Source of the DNA: Cylindrospermopsis raciborskii Cr2010
GTDB taxonomy: Bacteria; Cyanobacteriota; Cyanobacteriia; Cyanobacteriales; Nostocaceae
Reading direction: 5' to 3'
DNA length: 32,000 nucleotides
NCBI RefSeq assembly: GCF_003367075.2
Contig: NZ_CP065936.1
Coordinates: 1,110,001 to 1,142,000 of the forward strand
Shown: positions 27,201 through 32,000 of the stretch, piece by piece
Layout: every line of letters starts with the position of its first letter
Numbering within the stretch: position 1 is the first letter of the stretch
Notes under the pieces: generated by a model
What the model saw: the letters and a program-made list of their open reading frames with translations, nothing else
The model's database searches: none
What the model was told of the DNA's origin: nothing
Program-made: the position numbers and the translations under genes

Positions 27201-27445
27201 TCTGTCGCGGAAAAGGCTTCCTCTAAGTTTTTGGTGATTTCATCCACTGCTACTTCTGGTGAAATCCCCGGTGCTTCTATTCTGACTCCAATCCGAGGAT
27301 AGGTAATAGATGGTAATAGGTCTACGGGTAATCGTAGAGTGAAAAATACACCCATGACAATCACTGCTAGGGTTAGCATTAAAGTGCCAATATGTTGGCG
27401 AATAGATAGGGCACTTATACTAAAACTTTTGTGGATATTTGACAT
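24212..27445 (-). CDS. RND-family efflux transporter permease (AcrB/HAE1-like)
   Basis: RLPVDLLPSITYPRIGVRIEAPGISPEVAVDEIT, GVGIVVDNSIVMLENI, VGIVVNNAIIMVE; 1077 aa. Confidence 0.96.
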   Translation of the reverse strand: MSNIHKSFSISALSIRQHIGTLMLTLAVIVMGVFFTLRLPVDLLPSITYPRIGVRIEAPGISPEVAVDEITKNLEEAFSATEGVIQVVSRTREGQVSLDLYFQPGGNIDQALNDATATFNRTRNRLPETIEEPRLFKFDPSQLPIYEFALTSPTLKGVDLRVFAEEELGRELGLVPGVALVDVSGGVEEEVRVNIDLDRLQALGVGLTDVLNELRNRNQDISGGRILGSNSEPLTRTVGRFKNAQEINDLSLEVSTPNSPSKNRVYLRDFAQVTDGAAKQRVYVLLNGEEAVKVSIQKQPDANTVNVVDGIKEKITQLKQAGKIPEESTLTPTLDESIFIRNSLANVTTSGLIGAGLAGFAVLLFLGSLRQTLIIVISIPLATLAAIIFMGLFGLSINIFSLGGLALGVGIVVDNSIVMLENITTGITHNKRQNRLVNLSANTIIEQAELSSREVESALIASTSTNLVAVLPFLLIGGFISLIFNELILTISFAVAASILIAVTVVPMLTSRLLGWPVPISLTNFWLFQQFNQQFAAATRLYGKFLTGILRWRLLTIIMATLLLGGGSYWIAPQLKQEILPQINTGQVNLFAQFPPGTPLKTNQKVMGLVDEIVGKQPETKYVFSTVGGFLFGSNSTANPLRSSSTITLKPGSDIESYIERVSKKFTELNLVDIRLRLTRGQVRGLLLSNSPARGADVDIILQGTDGDILEKKGRQLLAILEEKVTALRFRPDGDAKQPEIQILPNWERVTNVGLNTKEIGETIQTAITGSVPTQIQRDNRLVDVRVELNEDALNTTSQLARLPLFTQGNQQVRLSDIATIITSKAPGEIQRINQRQVFLIAGNLTEGASLNQALEQIDQVLNTVEFPPTVSVLPSATAESNRQIQQSLQVLGGLAIFLVFIVMAVQYNSLVDPLVILFTIPLALAGGVFGLYITKTAVGATVIVGAVLLVGIVVNNAIIMVELANQIRERERIDRRTAILKAAPQRLRPILMTTITTVLGMFPLALGIGEGSEFLQPLGVVVFSGLSVATLLTLFIIPCFYTLLHDLIGGGWKKDKWLKSSIARNKEMAEQISSKI

Positions 27446-27480
27446 TTGTTTAAGGGGTTATTCCTGTTGATTTTAAGTCT

Positions 27481-28845
27481 TTAGTTTGGTAATTCTGACA
27501 GTGCTGATAATTTAACCCTTTGACCATCCTGAAGGGGTTTACTGCTCCGAACTACATAACTGTCTCCCGGTTGTATTCCAGAGATAATTTCTATTTTGCC
27601 ATCAGCTTCTTTACCCAACACAACTGGTTGTTCTTTAACTTTTACTCTCTTTTCGTTCCGTTCAATAACAAAAATGGTGCTGTTATTATTCGGTGATGAT
27701 GTTTCCTGGTCTTGATTATTAATTGCTGTTTTGAACACCACTACCCTTGATGATTCTTGTCTGGAAAAATTGACTCTGGCCAACATTCCACTACGAATTT
27801 TTCCCTGGCTATTGGGAATGACTATCTCTACGGGCACTACTCTAGCTGTGCTATCTGCTACTGGTGAAATTCTTTCTATTCTACCTATGATTTTTTCATC
27901 GGGAAAAGCATCTAAATTTACTTCTACCCTCTGACCTATTTCCACTTTCCCCAGTTCTAATTCTGAGACTTTCACCACTACTTTGATCTGACTTAAATCG
28001 GCAATTTTTATAGCTTCGTTCCCTGATTGTAAAAGGTTCCCTGGTTCTGTGATTTTTTCTGTTACTACGCCTGTAATCGGAGAAATTAAATCAGTATACG
28101 AAAGACGCTCTCTCGCTGCTTTAACTACTGCTCTCTGGGCTAAGACTCTATTTTGCGCCGCTGCTACTGCTTTGTTTTCTGTTCTTTGCTTTTCTATGGT
28201 TGATTTCAAAATCTGTTGATATGTCTTAACTTTTGTCACAGCCTGCTGGGCAGCTTGTTGGGAAATCGCCCCTTCTTGTAATAGTTTCTGCTGTCTGTCT
28301 GAGTCAGATTTCGCTTGCATCAGTTCTAATCTAACTTTTTCTACCTCCGCTTCTATATTTCCTACCTGGATCCTGGCTCGCTCTACTTCTGATTCACGAT
28401 TTCCTAACTCCGCTTCCTGTTGCTCTAATCCCGTCTTCAACAAAATATCATCTAGTCTACCAACCCTCTGTCCCTTGCTTACCCTATCCCCAATCTCTAA
28501 ATCTAAACCAATTAGTCTCCCCTCTACTTGCGATCGCACGGATATTATTTTCCTAGGAACTGTACTACCTGTATAAATTAACTCCTGATTTAGGGAGTCC
28601 GTTCGGGCGATCGCCACATCTACGGATATTGGTTTAGCACTTCTTTTTCCGGATGAATTTTGAGATTGAGCTTCTGCTGATTCTTTAACCGTGGAAACAC
28701 AGCCAGTTGCCAAAATTCCCAGAAACAAAACAGACACCAGTAATATCTTGTCTCTATGATGGCTGATTTGGCTCAGCCATGACCCAGATGGTATGATACT
28801 TAATACCTTTACTGTTATTCGTGACTCATTTGGGACTAAAACCAT
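27481..28845 (-). CDS. RND efflux periplasmic adaptor (MFP)
   Basis: SVRSQVEGRLIGLDLEIGDRVSKGQRVGRLDD, DLISPITGVVTEKITEPGNLLQSG; adjacent to RND permease. Confidence 0.93.
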   Translation of the reverse strand: MVLVPNESRITVKVLSIIPSGSWLSQISHHRDKILLVSVLFLGILATGCVSTVKESAEAQSQNSSGKRSAKPISVDVAIARTDSLNQELIYTGSTVPRKIISVRSQVEGRLIGLDLEIGDRVSKGQRVGRLDDILLKTGLEQQEAELGNRESEVERARIQVGNIEAEVEKVRLELMQAKSDSDRQQKLLQEGAISQQAAQQAVTKVKTYQQILKSTIEKQRTENKAVAAAQNRVLAQRAVVKAARERLSYTDLISPITGVVTEKITEPGNLLQSGNEAIKIADLSQIKVVVKVSELELGKVEIGQRVEVNLDAFPDEKIIGRIERISPVADSTARVVPVEIVIPNSQGKIRSGMLARVNFSRQESSRVVVFKTAINNQDQETSSPNNNSTIFVIERNEKRVKVKEQPVVLGKEADGKIEIISGIQPGDSYVVRSSKPLQDGQRVKLSALSELPN

Positions 28846-29036
28846 AAGTTTACTTTTTTAGGTCACTATAAATGCTATTACATATTAATTATTACTGACA
28901 TTTCCGGGAATTGTGAAATTATGGTAAAAATTGGCATAAGAATGTTCATTAATAACCATCACCAAAAAAATTTTTCCTGTATATTAAGAATAGTAAAGAT
29001 ATCGTAAGTTTTTTCCCGATTTGAGGTAAGCAAAAA

Positions 29037-29573
29037 ATGACAATTTTGGTAAAAACTACTCAAATTGCTGATGAGCAAGAGATTGCCGATTTTTTCCGCG
29101 ACTCTGCAGGTACATGGCGTTCTGAAAGACGCTACTATACCCTACCAGAAGGAAAAACCCAAGAACTAGTCAGTATGATTACCATTGATTTTCTACCCAA
29201 AGGGGATGAGGAATTGCTGACATTGGCCCAACTACATAATTTACCAAACCTAGATAGTTTGAGCTGTGGAGCAAAGGTCAGTTGGCAAAGTGTGGATTTG
29301 GAAAACCTAGAAAAAAAAGTGCACGGTCAAACCATATTTGGTGCTTTGGGCAAAATCTTATATCGAGACAAGGGGTTTGCCACAACCAAACCAGTAACCG
29401 CTGATTATATTATTTCCCAAGCTCATACCCTATGCTTACGAACAGAATACAACCGCGCAGTTTTTGAAGAAGAAATAAAACTAATCGGTGATAAGTACCG
29501 CACAAGACAAACCATCATCTCTCGTGATGGAAAACCTCTTACAATAGGGCAGTACTTAGAGAAACGAGTTTAG
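29037..29573 (+). CDS. CpcS/CpeS-family phycobiliprotein lyase-like protein
   Basis: FFRDSAGTWRSERRYYTLPEG..CGAKVSWQS..LCLRTEYNRAVFEEEIKLIGDKYRTRQTII..GQYLEKR. Confidence 0.8.
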   Translation: MTILVKTTQIADEQEIADFFRDSAGTWRSERRYYTLPEGKTQELVSMITIDFLPKGDEELLTLAQLHNLPNLDSLSCGAKVSWQSVDLENLEKKVHGQTIFGALGKILYRDKGFATTKPVTADYIISQAHTLCLRTEYNRAVFEEEIKLIGDKYRTRQTIISRDGKPLTIGQYLEKRV

Positions 29574-29678
29574 TCCCATTGTTACTAAGCGCTATAATTA
29601 GAGTTATAGCTAGATTCATGTATTTGAGGAAATCAAAAAAAACTTTTCCAAACTACCCCAAAAATTAATTTCTATGTC

Positions 29679-29810
29679 ATGATAAAGAAGAGACTTAATT
29701 CGGCGATTAGTATTTTGTTGTTAGTATTGACAGGCTTTTTTTACTTGTGGTATTTACAGACTCCTCTCCGAAATCTAAATCTCTACAAACTAATGATTTT
29801 GGAGATATAA
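29679..29810 (+). CDS. Putative unlisted small membrane ORF, 43 aa, immediately upstream of the RRM gene
   Basis: MIKKRLNSAISILLLVLTGFFYLWYLQTPLRNLNLYKLMILEI*: one hydrophobic helix; stop codon 3 nt before the RRM ATG. Confidence 0.35.
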   Translation: MIKKRLNSAISILLLVLTGFFYLWYLQTPLRNLNLYKLMILEI

Positions 29811-29813
29811 TTC

Positions 29814-30116
29814 ATGTCGGTTTATGTAGGAAATCTTTCTTACGAAGTTACACAGGATGCCTTGACAGCTGTGTTTGCGGAATATGGATCGGTTAAACGG
29901 GTTCAAATCCCCACTGATCGGGAAACGGGTCGGGTTCGTGGTTTTGCTTTCGTGGAGATGAATTCAGAAGCAGAAGAAACTGCGGCGATCGAAGCACTTG
30001 ATGGTGCAGAATGGATGGGTCGTGATTTAAAAGTGAATAAGGCTAAACCTAAGGAAGATCGTGGTGGTAGTGGTGGACGAGGAGGTGGTTATGGTGGTGG
30101 GCGTAACCGCTACTAA
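29814..30116 (+). CDS. Glycine-rich RRM RNA-binding protein (Rbp family)
   Basis: MSVYVGNLSYEVTQDALTAVFAEYGSVKRVQIPTDRETGRVRGFAFVEM; C-terminal GGSGGRGGGYGGGRNRY. Confidence 0.97.
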   Translation: MSVYVGNLSYEVTQDALTAVFAEYGSVKRVQIPTDRETGRVRGFAFVEMNSEAEETAAIEALDGAEWMGRDLKVNKAKPKEDRGGSGGRGGGYGGGRNRY

Positions 30117-30148
30117 TTCCCAACTGTAGCAGTAATTTGTGATAATAC

Positions 30149-30178
30149 CAGCTCATGCTCTTGCAGTGTGAGCTTTTT
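30149..30178 (+). terminator. Intrinsic terminator of the RRM gene
   Basis: AGCTCA-(loop)-TGAGCT followed by TTTTTT. Confidence 0.7.
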
Positions 30179-30205
30179 TCTCAACTACCACAATCAAATA
30201 TCCCA

Positions 30206-30544
30206 ATGAACTACCAAATAGCACGTAAACTATTAATAGATCAAACAGAAACTGCTCGGGATACCGTCTTAAACCGTCTCCAAAAGGGCAAATTGCCCAT
30301 ACCGGGTCAAATTACATCTATTTTGTTAGCATTAAAACTTGTATTTGAATCCTTAAAGGATGTCAATACTATAGATAAAGAACTAGCCTGGTCACTGCAT
30401 AAACTAGGCAGTAAGTGTTTAGAAATATTGACAATGGAGCTAAAATCTGACACTGAATGGCCCCCACTGTTAAAAGAGGACTTGCAAAGAATTACCCTAG
30501 CAGTTGAAAGTATATTTTCCGGTACATGGGAAACCAAAAAATGA
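30206..30544 (+). CDS. Hypothetical protein (start re-assigned downstream of the terminator)
   Basis: MNYQIARKLLIDQTETARDTVLNRLQKGKLPIPGQITSILLALKLVFESLKD... Confidence 0.65.
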   Translation: MNYQIARKLLIDQTETARDTVLNRLQKGKLPIPGQITSILLALKLVFESLKDVNTIDKELAWSLHKLGSKCLEILTMELKSDTEWPPLLKEDLQRITLAVESIFSGTWETKK

Positions 30545-30546
30545 GG

Positions 30547-31578
30547 TCAATGGGGGACAATAGCTACCTTAATTGCCAGACGTGCTTTCATATCGTTAAG
30601 CGCCTGTTCTAAATCTTCTAGGGGAGCTTGGTTACTAATTAATAACTCAAAAGCAATTCTCCGACTTTCTATAAGAGAGAGAGCATCCCTAACATATTTA
30701 GGAGTATTGTGAAAAACACCTTTTACAGTTAATTCATCATAATGAAGCTGTTCGGTATTGATATTAATGCTAGTGTCTTTAGGACAACCACCAAATAAAT
30801 TAACGGTTCCACCGGGACGGGAACAGGAAATAGCAGTTTCCCACACACTGGGAACACCAGTAGCTTCTATGACTACATCTGCTCCCCATCCATCCGTGAG
30901 TTCCCTCACCTTAGTGGGAATATCCGTGACCTGATGATAATTAAAAATCCGGGATGCTCCCAATTGTTGACCAATGTGTAGACGGTGATTATTGCCACCC
31001 CAGAGAAATACCTGGGCTTGCAATTCCCGGGCCAAAACCCCTACAAACATCAATCCAATAGCTCCATCACCCAAAACAACCACTCGGTCATGGGGTTTAA
31101 TATGGGAGCGAGCTAATCCATGAAGCACACAGGCCAAAGGTTCAGTCATGGAAACTAGGGCCAAGGGTAATCCTGCAGGGACTCCCAGCATATTGTGTTG
31201 AACAATGGGGGCGGGTATTTTTAAATACTGGGCAAAAGTACCATTGTTCCAGGTAAGATTTGGACAAAGGGAGTATTCTTGTCGTTGACAAAAGAAACAC
31301 TTCATGCAGGGGGCGGAGTTATTGGCCACCACCAGCTCTCCTACATGCCAATTATCCACACCAGATCCAATAGCGACAATGGTACCCACGACTTCATGTC
31401 CGAATAATGTGGGAGGTGTCAACATTCGCGCATGACCGCCACGTCGCCACACTTTTAGATCTGTACCACAAGTGGTGGCAGTCTCCACTTTAATTACCAC
31501 TTCTCCCAATGCGGGGGTTGGGTCTGGTATCTCCTCTAATCTTATGTCTTCCTTTCCGTAAAGTAAAGCTGCTAACAA
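30547..31578 (-). CDS. Zinc-dependent medium-chain alcohol dehydrogenase family protein
   Basis: TCGTDLKVWRRGG, FGHEVVGTIVAIGSGV, CMKCFFCQRQEYSLC, VVVLGDGAIGLMFVG. Confidence 0.93.
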   Translation of the reverse strand: MLAALLYGKEDIRLEEIPDPTPALGEVVIKVETATTCGTDLKVWRRGGHARMLTPPTLFGHEVVGTIVAIGSGVDNWHVGELVVANNSAPCMKCFFCQRQEYSLCPNLTWNNGTFAQYLKIPAPIVQHNMLGVPAGLPLALVSMTEPLACVLHGLARSHIKPHDRVVVLGDGAIGLMFVGVLARELQAQVFLWGGNNHRLHIGQQLGASRIFNYHQVTDIPTKVRELTDGWGADVVIEATGVPSVWETAISCSRPGGTVNLFGGCPKDTSININTEQLHYDELTVKGVFHNTPKYVRDALSLIESRRIAFELLISNQAPLEDLEQALNDMKARLAIKVAIVPH

Positions 31579-31619
31579 GTTTTCTCACTCCATCTATCTA
31601 AATAAATAACATAAATAAC

Positions 31620-31714
31620 TAAGTAGGGAGGCACAATTATTTGTAGGATGCCCATGGGGGCGTTGGGTTTCATACTTCAACCCAACCTACGTTCATCTTA
31701 TATTTAATTCCACC
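31620..31714 (-). repeat. Dispersed ~100-bp repeat, copy B (inverted relative to copy A)
   Basis: Reverse complement matches 4113..4224 except for a 17-bp interior insert in copy A and a few substitutions. Confidence 0.93.
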
Positions 31715-32000
31715 TTCCCAAGGTAATCACCGCGTTTTGTCCTCCAAACCCAAAACTACAGCATAGAACATGTTCTACCCGACTTTTTTTTGCTGCTGTG
31801 ACCAAGTTTAAGTTCATTTCTCTGTGCTTTAGTCCCACATTGGGGGGTAATATTTGATTTTTGATGGCCATTAGGGAAAAAGCTACACCCAATGACCCTG
31901 ATGCTCCTAAGGTGTGACCAGTGGCACCCTTGGTGGAACTAATCGCTACCTGGGGGGGAAATAACTCTTGTATGATTTTACCCTCTATTTGATCATTGAT
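31704..32000 (-). CDS. Beta-ketoacyl synthase (FabF-like), C-terminal part; gene continues past the window edge
   Basis: INDQIEGKIIQELFPPQVAISSTKGATGHTLGASGSLGVAFSLMAIKNQILPPN..VLCCSFGFGGQNAVITLGRWN*; open to 32000, so the listed ORF start at 31892 is an internal Met. Confidence 0.93.
   Translation of the reverse strand: MNDQIEGKIIQELFPPQVAISSTKGATGHTLGASGSLGVAFSLMAIKNQILPPNVGLKHREMNLNLVTAAKKSRVEHVLCCSFGFGGQNAVITLGRWN

Noticed and set aside
30307-30537. 76-aa minus-strand ORF
   Set aside because: Opposite the better-supported plus-strand hypothetical gene at 30206..30544.

Overview
This window looks like a filamentous (heterocystous-type) cyanobacterial chromosome: HIP1 sites (GCGATCGC), an Ycf66-family protein, a CpcS/CpeS-like lyase, and the order rplS–trnW–secE–nusG–rplK–rplA–rplJ–rplL. 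Most of 11.5–32 kb is housekeeping sequence: rnz, gnd, a type II NAD(P)H dehydrogenase, the ribosomal protein block, an RND efflux pair, an RRM protein, an alcohol dehydrogenase and the 3' end of a ketoacyl synthase gene. The accessory part is 1–11.5 kb. It starts with a ~2.6 kb non-coding tandem array: 17 long units of ~121–129 bp, each with a HIP1 octamer, interspersed with 65/73-bp short units. The array ends in a perfect palindrome and is bracketed by a 47-bp direct repeat. It is followed by a probable double-glycine-leader secreted-peptide locus: three divergent small precursors, a C39 peptidase ABC exporter and an HlyD-type adaptor. Next come a degenerate kinase-like protein, a NarL-like response regulator and a HisKA_3-type histidine kinase. 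Other observations are a truncated mrp pseudogene, a dispersed ~100-bp repeat overlapping a gene end, a probable L10 leader with attenuator hairpin, and an unlisted 43-aa membrane sORF 3 nt upstream of the RRM gene. All calls are from reading the sequence; no database search was run.
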